Source: a virus (lineage: Duplodnaviria; Caudoviricetes). From it: a DNA stretch of 64,000 nucleotides. The notes below the pieces were generated by a model. The model ran no database searches and had not been told where the DNA came from. It worked only from the letters and a program-made list of their open reading frames with translations. The translations under genes were made by a program, and so were the position numbers. Below are positions 39,031 to 48,426 of the stretch, piece after piece (positions within the stretch are counted from its first letter, which is position 1; every line of letters starts with the position of its first letter). Where the stretch lies: positions 32,001 through 96,000 of the IMG/VR virus record IMGVR_UViG_3300046615_000261; one strand, written 5' to 3'.

Positions 39031-39417
39031 TCAGCCTACGTTGAATTCTAGACGGAGGGTTTCTTTCACATCGAGCTCGACGAACAACAGATCCACGAAC
39101 GCAGCGATTGCATTCAGATCTGGCAGCGCGTTGATCGACATGTCAATCAGACGGACGCGTGGATCATAATCAATGACCTTCGTGAGGTCTTCACGGACGA
39201 TGTCAAGTGTCTTCTGATCGAGCGGTTCGAATGCAAGCAAAGGAATGCGCGTGCCGAAGTTTGGCTGATGCACGCGCTCGCCTGGAATCGTGTACAAGTG
39301 GTTCCACAGATCCTGCTTTACGAGATCCACGCCAGTCAGGCTGAAGCCACGCTTCTTGTTCGACAGGTACGAAGCGGTGCTGAACCCTCGGTACAGTGGT
39401 AGTTTGCTAGCCATCAA
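39031..39417 (-). CDS. gp25: Baseplate wedge subunit gp25-like
   Basis: LWNHLYTIPGERVHQPNFGTRIPLLAFEP. Confidence 0.9.
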   Translation of the reverse strand: MMASKLPLYRGFSTASYLSNKKRGFSLTGVDLVKQDLWNHLYTIPGERVHQPNFGTRIPLLAFEPLDQKTLDIVREDLTKVIDYDPRVRLIDMSINALPDLNAIAAFVDLLFVELDVKETLRLEFNVG

Positions 39418-40532
39418 GCTTTCCAGTTCTTATTCCGCTTGCCCTTCGTGCCAGGGCGAGTCCAAGGTTCATGATTCGGTACAACTGTCGGAGCCGTTGG
39501 ACATTCAGCTGCTGCAGCACCAGGGCCGTTCAAGTGAATGTTCGAAGCAGTCTGAAGCAGATCACCTGAAGCAAGGATGTTGAACGCTGCACCGGAGTCC
39601 AGATTGATCCCTTTACCCGAGATGTTCGTTGCACCACAAGCCGCAAGAAGCATCGCTCCGCCAGCCTGGATATTTACAGCACCACCAACACCGACGTTGA
39701 AGTTCCCTGTTGCGGTGAAGTTGAAGTCTCCACCAGTGCTCATGCTGACCGAGTCGGCCGCGTACATGTGGATCCGACCGTCTTGGTCCATTTCGAAGTA
39801 CGACTTCCCGCGAGCTGTGGAAACGTAGATCCGTTCGTTCGCGTCGTCCAGAATGATCTGATGGCCGGCCGAAGTCTTCACTCGAACTCGGCCTGTCTCC
39901 GGATTGTCCTGGAAGATCAACGAGTGACGCCCAGGTGTTGTCAGAACGTAAGTCTGAGGATCATATTGAGCCGCGCCTTCTTTGTCACTCGGCGTCACCA
40001 GGTCCTTTTGGTACCCTTCAGTTCCATCCTTGTCGGTCTTGTCCTGAGCGACAGCACGTTCGTACACGCCACGGGTCTTGGCTTCGCTGGCATCGAGCTT
40101 ACCGTCGAACTGCGCAGCAAGATTCGATGACTGTGGCTCGACCGGCTCGAACGTGTCCGAGAGCGGCATCTTGTTGATGTCGGCTCGATTGCGGCCCTGC
40201 GGCAGGGAACGATTCCCGTGATCACGGAAGTACGAACCCATGTACATCCGACGATTCGGGTCATTGTACAGGAAGCCGACGATCGCTTGAGCACCAGTCT
40301 TTGGCACAGCCCAGAAACCGTACGACATGAGGCCGGACGTTGTCGTACCTCCAGGCCCTGCTGGATAATCACGAGTCTGACCTGCCATTGGAGAGACGTA
40401 CGTCGCCCACGGCAGATCATCAATGTTGTACATGTCGCCGTCAACTGCTGGAACCCAGATCTTGACACGCCCCATTTGCTGAGGATCGTTCGTGTCAACG
40501 ACGACACCTTCCATGAGCGATGAGAGAATCAT
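39414..40532 (-). CDS. gp5: Baseplate central spike gp5/VgrG-like (OB-fold + beta-helix, no lysozyme domain)
   Basis: GVVVDTNDPQQMGRVKIWVP, VPKTGAQAIVGFL, C-terminal beta-helix repeats. Confidence 0.85.
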   Translation of the reverse strand: MILSSLMEGVVVDTNDPQQMGRVKIWVPAVDGDMYNIDDLPWATYVSPMAGQTRDYPAGPGGTTTSGLMSYGFWAVPKTGAQAIVGFLYNDPNRRMYMGSYFRDHGNRSLPQGRNRADINKMPLSDTFEPVEPQSSNLAAQFDGKLDASEAKTRGVYERAVAQDKTDKDGTEGYQKDLVTPSDKEGAAQYDPQTYVLTTPGRHSLIFQDNPETGRVRVKTSAGHQIILDDANERIYVSTARGKSYFEMDQDGRIHMYAADSVSMSTGGDFNFTATGNFNVGVGGAVNIQAGGAMLLAACGATNISGKGINLDSGAAFNILASGDLLQTASNIHLNGPGAAAAECPTAPTVVPNHEPWTRPGTKGKRNKNWKA

Positions 40533-42604
40533 TTCAGTGTCGCTCCGTTCTGTGTTGCAGGTGCTGCATTACTCTTTGACGAGGCGCCGAACACGCTGAA
40601 CTTATTCAGCTCAAGTTCCTGTGTGAAGTGCGCACCTTCAATCTTTGTCTTGATCATGCCGCACCAGTAGAAGTTATCCGTCAGGAGCTGCTTCGTGAAG
40701 TTCTCGTTCGAGTCGATTGGATCGAGTGTCATGAAGTCGACGTTCGGGCCGTACACGTTCACCTTCACGAACATCGGTGATTGCGCAATTGACGTACCAT
40801 CGATCTGCTTCGAGAGACGGTCCATCAGATCGGTCCGCCACTTCTCTTTCACGCCTTCATTCGTTTCACTGTTCGCCTTCGCTGATGTGATCGTGACAGC
40901 CGAGACGTGCTGTGGAATGAAACCGAATGTGCAACGAGCGAGCAGATCGGGATTACCGCGAACTGTCATCTTCGCTTGACCGCTCAGATTGTAGAAGTCA
41001 GACAGATTCTGCGTGTACTGTTGCGACACTTGCTGAGGAGTCGCTTCACCGTCAGACTTCGCATTCGCGCCGAGATTGCTGAAGTTCGATCTTTCCTGCT
41101 CAGTGAGCATCCGCAGTGGGATTGGATCATTCCGTGAACGACCGAGAATCGACGTCGTGTCCTTTGCAGCCGTTGAACCGTCTTCTGGCTTCTTAGCTGC
41201 AGTGTCACCGCCCGTAAAGAGCTCACCTTGACCAAGCTTCACACCCTGCATCAGGAGCAGATTGAAGTTCTCGATCTTCAGGTCCAACGTCAGAACGTCC
41301 ATGTTCCGGCCAGAGAAAATGTAGTCGTACTCGAGGTACGATTTAGGCAGGCGCTTGTTCCCAGTGGTCTCGTACAGTGCGTCTTCCGAGGACACGGCGG
41401 TTGAGGTCATGCCCTTCTGCGCATTTGGCACCGTGAACTCAACAACGTCAACGTGCACCGTGAACGAGTCATCGTCCGAGGTGATCGTGATCAGGTGCTT
41501 GTAGAACTTGATTGAGTCAGCCGACTTACCATTCGGCCCGAAGTTCGACAGCTTCTGAATCTGAACGACCTGCTTGAATACGACATCAAGAACTTCAGTG
41601 ATTGTCAGGTAAGGATCGACTGCAATGTACGAGCTCTTTGCTGTAGCAGCCGAGTTCGCTTGCGCCTTCTTCTGCGCTTCAACTGCCGAGTCGTTCTGCT
41701 TCTTCGCGTTCGATGCTTTACGATCAGCTTCCTGCTTCAGGAGCTCAGCGAAATTGATCTCAGTTGCGGCACCTTGAGCTGGTCCGGAGAATGTAAATGC
41801 TTCCCATTCCTTTGGGATCGTGATCATGTACTGCACTGGACGGCCGAGGCGCTGCGCCTTGTCCTTGCTGTCAGCATCGACACCGTTCACGGTCTTGTAC
41901 CGCGTCAAAGACTCATCGTTCAGCCGACCTTCGAACGACTTCACGAGAGCACCCAGGGTGTTCCCCGATCCGCCCGTATAGTAGTTAGATGCCGTTCCGA
42001 TCGATGTCCACGACGTGTTCACTCGTGCATTCGAGGTCATACCGATCAGTGGGAAGCAAGAGCAAGCGTACACGCCCTTCACGTCGTTCAGATCGACCTG
42101 GATCGTGCTGAAGATTGCAGGGATGCCAATCGACTGAACGATCTTCGTGTCGCCTTCGGCCGTGTGTCCAACGAAGATCACACGGATCAGGAGCGACATC
42201 CCATCAAAGCTGACTTGGAGTTTCTCGGCCATCAAGTACTGCAGGAAGTTCGCGAACGAAATGCCTGTGTTGTCGACAATGCTGAAGTCCATCTTCAGGC
42301 CGACGGAATTCGGTGAGTTCGAGCCAGGCACTGACATCCCAGCGATCATTGTATCAATCGAAAAGTTTTCGATCGTGAACTGAGAGAAACGGCGCGTATC
42401 AATCATCAGGAAAGCTGACTCAGCCTTTCCGTCCATTGAGATTGATCCACCAAGTTTCTTGCACGAGTCAATCGCTTTCAGCGAGGCCGAAAGCTTGTTC
42501 TCATCGCTGAAGTCTCTGAGCGCGTCAGTCGACTTCGCAGCAAGCACCACATAGTGGATCGTGTGCGATTGGAACTGATCTAGTTTGTTTGTGACGTTGA
42601 TCAT
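40529..42604 (-). CDS. Baseplate hub protein (gp27/P2 D-like)
   Basis: Position between LysM-like and spike genes; MTVRGNP and KIEGAHFTQEL motifs. Confidence 0.6.
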   Translation of the reverse strand: MINVTNKLDQFQSHTIHYVVLAAKSTDALRDFSDENKLSASLKAIDSCKKLGGSISMDGKAESAFLMIDTRRFSQFTIENFSIDTMIAGMSVPGSNSPNSVGLKMDFSIVDNTGISFANFLQYLMAEKLQVSFDGMSLLIRVIFVGHTAEGDTKIVQSIGIPAIFSTIQVDLNDVKGVYACSCFPLIGMTSNARVNTSWTSIGTASNYYTGGSGNTLGALVKSFEGRLNDESLTRYKTVNGVDADSKDKAQRLGRPVQYMITIPKEWEAFTFSGPAQGAATEINFAELLKQEADRKASNAKKQNDSAVEAQKKAQANSAATAKSSYIAVDPYLTITEVLDVVFKQVVQIQKLSNFGPNGKSADSIKFYKHLITITSDDDSFTVHVDVVEFTVPNAQKGMTSTAVSSEDALYETTGNKRLPKSYLEYDYIFSGRNMDVLTLDLKIENFNLLLMQGVKLGQGELFTGGDTAAKKPEDGSTAAKDTTSILGRSRNDPIPLRMLTEQERSNFSNLGANAKSDGEATPQQVSQQYTQNLSDFYNLSGQAKMTVRGNPDLLARCTFGFIPQHVSAVTITSAKANSETNEGVKEKWRTDLMDRLSKQIDGTSIAQSPMFVKVNVYGPNVDFMTLDPIDSNENFTKQLLTDNFYWCGMIKTKIEGAHFTQELELNKFSVFGASSKSNAAPATQNGATLK

Positions 42605-42976
42605 TTATACGATCGGAGTGATGTTCGAAAGTGGAATTGTCCGGGCGCTCTTGAATCCGCCGACTCGACCGTTCATGAGCATTCCAGCCCGATCCTTCGA
42701 TGGGATACGGAGAACGCGGCCGATCGTGATCTCAGAGAATGGATCAAGGATCGCGTTGTACTGCGCGATCAACCACCAGAGATGAGAGTCGCCAAGGAAT
42801 GCGGCAGCAATCAGATCAAGACGACCTTCAGTCTTGATGTCGACCGTGTACCGCATGTCGCTAGGATCTACTTCGAATTGAATGCGTTCCCACCATTCAA
42901 GGCGAGTGCTGTTCACTTCGGTCTCGCCGCCAGAGACGTACCGAGAGTTCTGAACGTTTACAGAGTTTTTATCCAT
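42605..42976 (-). CDS. LysM-like baseplate protein (gp53/P2 X-like)
   Basis: RLDLIAAAFLGDSHLWWLIAQYN.ILDPF...G..LRIP. Confidence 0.8.
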   Translation of the reverse strand: MDKNSVNVQNSRYVSGGETEVNSTRLEWWERIQFEVDPSDMRYTVDIKTEGRLDLIAAAFLGDSHLWWLIAQYNAILDPFSEITIGRVLRIPSKDRAGMLMNGRVGGFKSARTIPLSNITPIV

Positions 42977-44415
42977 TATGCGCTCTTCAATTGATCAATC
43001 TTTGCCTGGGCCGCCGATGCCTGGGTGTTCAGGAACTCCTTCTGCGAGGTCCACTTTGCACGATCTGCATCTGTCGCCGCCGCGGCGAGTGCCTTATCGG
43101 CCGATTCCATACGGGAACCTTGAAGCTCACTGATGTACTTCTCAAGGCGAGCAATCTCAGTTTCGTTCGAAGGAGCAGCAGGAGCGGGGGCCGGTGCTGG
43201 AGCAGCTGCTGGCTCTGGGGTGTCCTTGGTCATGATCGGCGTGCCTGACGCCAGCAGCGAATCGGCCGTGAAACCAGGGTCCGTTGAGGTGTCAGAAGCT
43301 TCAGTTGGATAGTTAGACTCGAACGGCTCGCTCGCTGTCGAGGTTGGGTAATCCGATTCGAACGAAGTAGCTTGCACGCCACTCTCTTGCTTAGCGTCAG
43401 ACTCAAGTTCGCCAGACGGTTCAGAGCGATTAACCTTACGATCACCACCGTATGCTTCGATCATGTCGCCGTTGCTGAACGCCAGCAGGTCAAATGCGTT
43501 GAACTGCACTGCAGAGAACGACTCAACCAGATTGATTTGAACATTAATCACGGATGGGAATGGCTTCGACTCGACTGCATCGTCAATTGGAATCCAGTCA
43601 CAGTCACGCGGCCATTGCCAGTTCAGTGAAGTCAGAACGACCGGAACCTTGCCAACGATACCACGCCAGCCGCTGAATGCCAGCACTGGAGGTGGAGCGC
43701 CTAGCATCTTTCCACGTTGGTTCTCACCGAAGTACGGCATCACCCATGAGCGAAGACGATTGATGAACTCGTAATTCTGACGAGCTTGTTCACGAGTACT
43801 TGCCGTGAACATCGCGTTCACGTTCCACTGGGTAGCCTTCGTGCCCTTGTACTTCTGGAATTCGCCAGGCATCTGGGTAGCAGAGAGTGCTTCGTACTCA
43901 GCGTTCCGTTGCTCACCAACTTCAGGCATGATCACGAACTTCACGAGCGTGTCATCAACCATCGAGACGAGTTGAACGATGTGATCGTCATTCCCGGAAC
44001 TCGTGCCACCGCCAGCAGCATTGATCTGCGAAGCAGAGACTGAACTGCTTTTGACGGCTGAAGTACCTTCAAGTCCAGTGCCATCGAACATGTTCATCGC
44101 ATCGAACTTAGCGATCAGCGAATCGAATTCTGCTTGATCGGCGCCGAATCGATCAGTGACCGCGCCGACAGCCTCATCGAGCAGTTTAGTGCTTCCAGCT
44201 GACGAGTAATCGATCGAGTCATCACGGACCATGATCGGTGTTCGGCTTGCCCAAACAGCGTCAACATCAAAGCCGCCGTCATTCAGATCGGCAGAGTCGA
44301 GGGTACCGAGACCGGCTGGGCTCGAGGTGTACAGATCCTCCGAGTAATCAGGCAGAGTAAGGTTCTCTGGCTCATTCACCTTCGGCAGGCTGAATACGGA
44401 ATCAAGCAGTCCCAT
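42976..44415 (-). CDS. Tail-tube initiator-type baseplate protein (gp48/gp54-like) with acidic extensions
   Basis: GAPPPVLAFSGWRG..VPVVLTSLNWQWP core; start at 44415 (MGLLDSVF) with SD AGGTGG. Confidence 0.65.
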   Translation of the reverse strand: MGLLDSVFSLPKVNEPENLTLPDYSEDLYTSSPAGLGTLDSADLNDGGFDVDAVWASRTPIMVRDDSIDYSSAGSTKLLDEAVGAVTDRFGADQAEFDSLIAKFDAMNMFDGTGLEGTSAVKSSSVSASQINAAGGGTSSGNDDHIVQLVSMVDDTLVKFVIMPEVGEQRNAEYEALSATQMPGEFQKYKGTKATQWNVNAMFTASTREQARQNYEFINRLRSWVMPYFGENQRGKMLGAPPPVLAFSGWRGIVGKVPVVLTSLNWQWPRDCDWIPIDDAVESKPFPSVINVQINLVESFSAVQFNAFDLLAFSNGDMIEAYGGDRKVNRSEPSGELESDAKQESGVQATSFESDYPTSTASEPFESNYPTEASDTSTDPGFTADSLLASGTPIMTKDTPEPAAAPAPAPAPAAPSNETEIARLEKYISELQGSRMESADKALAAAATDADRAKWTSQKEFLNTQASAAQAKIDQLKSA

Positions 44416-45076
44416 CTGTACCACCTGCATTCTTGATCTTGTTGAACATCATCTTTGCCAGCTTCACATTGTCTTTCAGTCCGACTAGGATCGCGAACTT
44501 CTCGAATTCATTCTGTTTCACTGCGAGACGTGCCAGCGATCCGCTGACCATGCTCACAGGAATCGTCTCGTCCACGTACTTCAGGATGTCGGCATTCGCT
44601 GCGTTCTTGTCGAACTTGCTCTGCTTATCATCCGCGTTATCCGAGACGGTCTCGTCTCGGTCAAGAGTGATCGCGACGTGCTTGATCGTCTTACCGTCTT
44701 CACTCTTCTCGAAGTACTTGTCCAGCATCTCGAGGTACTTCGAAGCACGATCAGAGCCTGCAGCGATCGCAACCGGTTCGTATCCTTCTTCACGGACCTT
44801 CTCGAACGCGTCGTATGCAGAGCCGGCGATCAGAAATTTCACACCATCGGCCTTGCCGGAACCCGTCATGAATCGGACTCGTTCGTCTCCGGAGAGCGGG
44901 TTCTTTACCTTGTCTTTGCTGGTCTCTTTACCAGCGATGATCACGACGATCGGCATGGCATCGAGAAGCAGGTTCTGATTGTCGATCACGTACTTCTTGA
45001 CCATGTCGATCACGGCGTAATGCCCCAGCGTCGGTGGCTGGAATCTCCCAATAACGACTGCGGCACGCTTAAGCAT
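44402..45076 (-). CDS. Cytidylyltransferase-like (HIGH-motif) nucleotidyltransferase
   Basis: GRFQPPTLGH and AGSDR; start at ATG 45076 behind a late box. Confidence 0.8.
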   Translation of the reverse strand: MLKRAAVVIGRFQPPTLGHYAVIDMVKKYVIDNQNLLLDAMPIVVIIAGKETSKDKVKNPLSGDERVRFMTGSGKADGVKFLIAGSAYDAFEKVREEGYEPVAIAAGSDRASKYLEMLDKYFEKSEDGKTIKHVAITLDRDETVSDNADDKQSKFDKNAANADILKYVDETIPVSMVSGSLARLAVKQNEFEKFAILVGLKDNVKLAKMMFNKIKNAGGTDGTA

Positions 45077-45099
45077 TCTGGAACCCTGTGAACATCTTC

Positions 45100-45105
45100 T
45101 ATTTA
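45100..45105 (-). promoter_or_regulatory. Late promoter box TAAATA
   Basis: 23 nt before ATG 45076. Confidence 0.65.
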
Positions 45106-45205
45106 GACCTTGATGAAAAGCGCTCGACGGGTCAACCGCGAGCGTACAATAGTGGTGGAGCGATTCGGTTATCCCGGGTGACCCGCGCGCGGGTGCAGGA
45201 GGAAC

Positions 45206-45244
45206 GTTACAATACACACATGCCGTCACATTACTTAGACGGCA
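45206..45244 (+). promoter_or_regulatory. GTTACAAT element plus leader hairpin upstream of gp55
   Basis: GTTACAAT 45206-45213; TGCCGTC-10 nt-GACGGCA ends 1 nt before ATG. Confidence 0.55.
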
Positions 45245-45245
45245 A

Positions 45246-45734
45246 ATGACCGAAACAACAACCAAGCCCAAGACAGTTAAGCCAGCCAAGAAAGAGCGTT
45301 CAAAGACCACCCAAGGTCATTACGTAAAGAACGCCGAGCTGCTCGCTGAATTCCATATCTGCAAAGCCAAGGGCGAGCTTTCCCCCCTGATGGCGAAGTA
45401 CCTGATGATGATCGCTGAACGGTACTCGTACCATCAGTGGTTCGCAGGATACTCTTTCCGTGAAGACATGGTTTGCACCGCTGTGGTGAATCTGTGTGCG
45501 AACTGGCATAAGTTCAATCCCGAGAAGTCCGATAATCCGTTCGCTTACTACACGACGGCCTGTTATCGCTCTTTCCTATCGTACCTTGACGCTGAAAAGA
45601 AAGAGCGTACGATTCGTGATGAACTCCTGATTGAAGCTGGCGCGAACCCGTCGTTCAACTATCAGGCTCGGCACGGTACTTCGGGTAAGACTTCTGATGA
45701 TACCGCATTCTCTGGCGGTGGTGGAGACGATTGA
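45246..45734 (+). CDS. gp55: Late-transcription sigma factor, T4 gp55-like
   Basis: HYVKNAELL, IAERYS..FAGYSFREDMV, FNPEKSDNPFAYYTTACY.SF. Confidence 0.9.
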   Translation: MTETTTKPKTVKPAKKERSKTTQGHYVKNAELLAEFHICKAKGELSPLMAKYLMMIAERYSYHQWFAGYSFREDMVCTAVVNLCANWHKFNPEKSDNPFAYYTTACYRSFLSYLDAEKKERTIRDELLIEAGANPSFNYQARHGTSGKTSDDTAFSGGGGDD

Positions 45735-45940
45735 TGATTCTCAAATACGGTTCATTTGACGATTACTGGAACGGAGACGGCGTTTACGTGTCTCTGCTCT
45801 GGAAGCGCGGTCACTTCCTGATCGGCGTTCGAAAGTGTCTGTTCGTTCTGCGAGCACTGAAGCCGCCAGGCAAGCCTGGTTATGCTCGCCTGTACATCGG
45901 GCCGTTCGAGTTTGAGGTAGCGCATGTCCACAAAGATTGA
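45731..45940 (+). CDS. Hypothetical protein (69 aa)
   Basis: Overlaps the gp55 stop. Confidence 0.55.
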   Translation: MMILKYGSFDDYWNGDGVYVSLLWKRGHFLIGVRKCLFVLRALKPPGKPGYARLYIGPFEFEVAHVHKD

Positions 45941-46742
45941 CGGGAACGGTTACTTCTCGCCAGGAATTGCGTACGGTCAGTGCAGACTTGTTTATACGAG
46001 TTCTAGCGCGATCACTCTGTTCCCGTACCTAGGGAACAAGCTCAGCATCGGCCCGAACGCCGACATTTACACGGTTCCTGATGCAGGTGTTACGTTGGCA
46101 CCTACTGGTCTAACGGCCGGTAGCACGTACAACATTTACGCGTACGCATCTGGCGCGAACATCGTGCTCGAAGCGTCATTGACTGCACGTGCGAAAGACA
46201 CCACGACCGGCATTGCGATCAAGACCGGCGATAACACTCGCACTCTGGTCGGTAAGGCGTACTGCCAAGCTGGTGTTACTTGGGACACGACGGTAGGTGC
46301 AAAGCTTGTGATCAGCTGGTTCAATCGTCGTCCAGTTATGGCGACGCAAAATCTGGCATCGAACGTAACGTTGACCTCTACCACACCGGTCGAGTTGAGC
46401 ACCCAGAACCGTTCGTACGGTCTGTGCTGGGGTGAAGACATCGTTGAAGCTCGCATGAGCGCAGTACTGAGTGGCGGAACACTGAACGTCGTGTACTATG
46501 GGAACGCCACTCTGCACGCGTCCGCTGGCGACACAGCTGGGAATAACTCGTATTTTCAGACAGCATTTGCTGGTCAGTACGGTTCGATGTACAGCACTGT
46601 GGTCGCTCAACCTGCCGAAACTCTTGGCCCGACGAACAATCTGGTCTGGTCGACGCAAATGTCGTGGCTGAACGCTGCTGGGACGTCAACGTTCTACTCG
46701 GGTGCAACGAACACGACGAGCACACTGATCATTCAGGGTTAA
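45924..46742 (+). CDS. Tail-fibre-domain-like protein
   Basis: GQCRL, YNIYAY, IKTGDNTRTLVG pattern seen in phage fibre domains; Thr/Ser/Ala-rich. Confidence 0.55.
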   Translation: MSTKIDGNGYFSPGIAYGQCRLVYTSSSAITLFPYLGNKLSIGPNADIYTVPDAGVTLAPTGLTAGSTYNIYAYASGANIVLEASLTARAKDTTTGIAIKTGDNTRTLVGKAYCQAGVTWDTTVGAKLVISWFNRRPVMATQNLASNVTLTSTTPVELSTQNRSYGLCWGEDIVEARMSAVLSGGTLNVVYYGNATLHASAGDTAGNNSYFQTAFAGQYGSMYSTVVAQPAETLGPTNNLVWSTQMSWLNAAGTSTFYSGATNTTSTLIIQG

Positions 46743-46763
46743 CCCGACCCTGATCTGAACAGG

Positions 46764-46819
46764 AATTGTAACGGCAGGGAGTTACAATTTGAACTGAGCT
46801 GTCTAATCCAAGCGACAGC
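46764..46819 (+). promoter_or_regulatory. Inverted repeat containing GTTACAAT plus leader hairpin upstream of gp47
   Basis: AATTGTAAC-8 nt-GTTACAATT; GCTGTC-10 nt-GACAGC ends 2 nt before ATG. Confidence 0.55.
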
Positions 46820-46821
46820 AC

Positions 46822-47874
46822 ATGACTTTGAAAACCCCTATGCGCCTCATGATGTTCACGGACATCCATTGGGGCGCACGTACAAACTCCGATCAGCATC
46901 TGCAGGACTGCCTCGATTACATCGACTGGTTCTGCAAGCTCGCGATCGAACAGGAAGCGACGCACATCGCATTCCTCGGTGACTGGTTCGAGAATCGGAA
47001 TCAGATCAACGTTCGTACCCTGAAGTACTCGCAAGAGGGCGCGCGTCGTCTGAACGCTCTCGGTCTGCCGATCTTCTTCATCGTCGGCAATCACGATCTG
47101 TACCATCGCTCGAATCGCTCGATCTACTCGACCGATCAGTTCGGTGACCTGAAGAACTTCATCATGGTGAATGAACCGGTCGAGATCAGTGACGAGATGT
47201 TCATGTCTCCGTTCCTGTTCAAGGACGAGTACCCTGCTCTAGCTGAGCAGATCAACTCACACAAGTACGTTCTCGGGCACTTCGAGTTCCGGAACTTCGT
47301 CGTTACCGGGAATGACCGAGTGCTCGATCACGGTCCTGACGCGTCGCTGTTCACTGGCCCGAAGTACCTCCTGTCTGGTCACTTCCACAAGCGCCAAGCA
47401 AGCAAGAACATCATCTACATCGGGAACACTTTCCCAACATCGTTCGGCGATGCTGGCGACAACGAACGTGGTGCCGCTCTGCTCGTGACCGACACTGAAG
47501 AACTGTCGTTCTTCAATTACGACGCGGCTCCTCTGTTCTTCAAATGCCGTCTCTCGAACGTTCTGGCCGGTGACGTGCAATTCACGCCCCGCGCTCGGGT
47601 ACGTTGTCTGCTCGATGCTGACGTACAGTACTCAGACGTACAAGCGTTGCGTGAAGAGATGATGACGGCGTTCGAACTCCGTGAGTTCTCCGTTGAAGAG
47701 GATCTGCAATCAAAGAAAGACTCGATCGCCTCGGGTCTCGAGATCGAGGGTGAACTCGATCTGTCATCGCTGGACGGCACGGTCCGCCAGCTGATCAATG
47801 AAGGCGTAACGCCAACCGCAACAATCGATCCGAGCATTCTGGTCGAACTGTACGAAGAACTTAAACTTGATTAA
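46822..47874 (+). CDS. gp47: Recombination nuclease subunit, T4 gp47/Mre11-like
   Basis: DIHWG, LGDWFE, VGNHD, GHFE, SGHFH metallophosphoesterase motifs. Confidence 0.92.
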   Translation: MTLKTPMRLMMFTDIHWGARTNSDQHLQDCLDYIDWFCKLAIEQEATHIAFLGDWFENRNQINVRTLKYSQEGARRLNALGLPIFFIVGNHDLYHRSNRSIYSTDQFGDLKNFIMVNEPVEISDEMFMSPFLFKDEYPALAEQINSHKYVLGHFEFRNFVVTGNDRVLDHGPDASLFTGPKYLLSGHFHKRQASKNIIYIGNTFPTSFGDAGDNERGAALLVTDTEELSFFNYDAAPLFFKCRLSNVLAGDVQFTPRARVRCLLDADVQYSDVQALREEMMTAFELREFSVEEDLQSKKDSIASGLEIEGELDLSSLDGTVRQLINEGVTPTATIDPSILVELYEELKLD

Positions 47875-47883
47875 GGAAGCAAA

Positions 47884-48423
47884 ATGACTTGCATCGTTGG
47901 TATTGAATTCAATGACAAGGTTCTGATGGGTGGCGACATCCAAGGGACCGGGTACAACAACAAGGTTGTGCACACGCAACCGAAGGTGTTCAACAAGAAG
48001 GGCGTTCTGTTCGGCTTCACGACCAGCTATCGCTTTGGCCAGCTCCTCGAGCACGGTCTTGCCGATCCAGTCGTTCCAGAAGACGACAATGAGATCTACC
48101 GTTGGCTGATCACTGTCCTGATTCCGGACATCAAGAAAGCGCTGAAGACCGGCGACTACGAAAAGGGTGGCACGTGTCTGATCGGCGTGAAGGGTCAGCT
48201 CTGGGAACTGCAAGACGACTTCAGTGTCTTGCGCTCTGTGAAGGGTTACACCGCTTGCGGCTCTGGCTATGAGTACGCAATGGGCTCGATGTTCACCACT
48301 GCAGGTCAACGCCCAAGCCTTAGCACCCAGCAAGAGTACACGAACGCAGTGAAAGCTGCGATCCTCACGGCCGGTACATTCAGCCCGTCCGTTGGTACCG
48401 ACTCCGTCGTCATTTCGAACTAA
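47884..48423 (+). CDS. HslV-like Ntn (threonine) peptidase
   Basis: N-terminal (M)TCIVG...MGGD and ACGSG. Confidence 0.75.
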   Translation: MTCIVGIEFNDKVLMGGDIQGTGYNNKVVHTQPKVFNKKGVLFGFTTSYRFGQLLEHGLADPVVPEDDNEIYRWLITVLIPDIKKALKTGDYEKGGTCLIGVKGQLWELQDDFSVLRSVKGYTACGSGYEYAMGSMFTTAGQRPSLSTQQEYTNAVKAAILTAGTFSPSVGTDSVVISN

Positions 48424-48426
48424 ACA

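Noticed and set aside
45181-45194. 14-bp palindrome ACCCGCGCGCGGGT upstream of gp55
   Set aside because: Single occurrence and low complexity; cannot be assigned a function
45077-45310. N-terminal extension of the cytidylyltransferase ORF
   Set aside because: Crosses the promoter region and the gp55 start; the late box at 45100 supports ATG 45076
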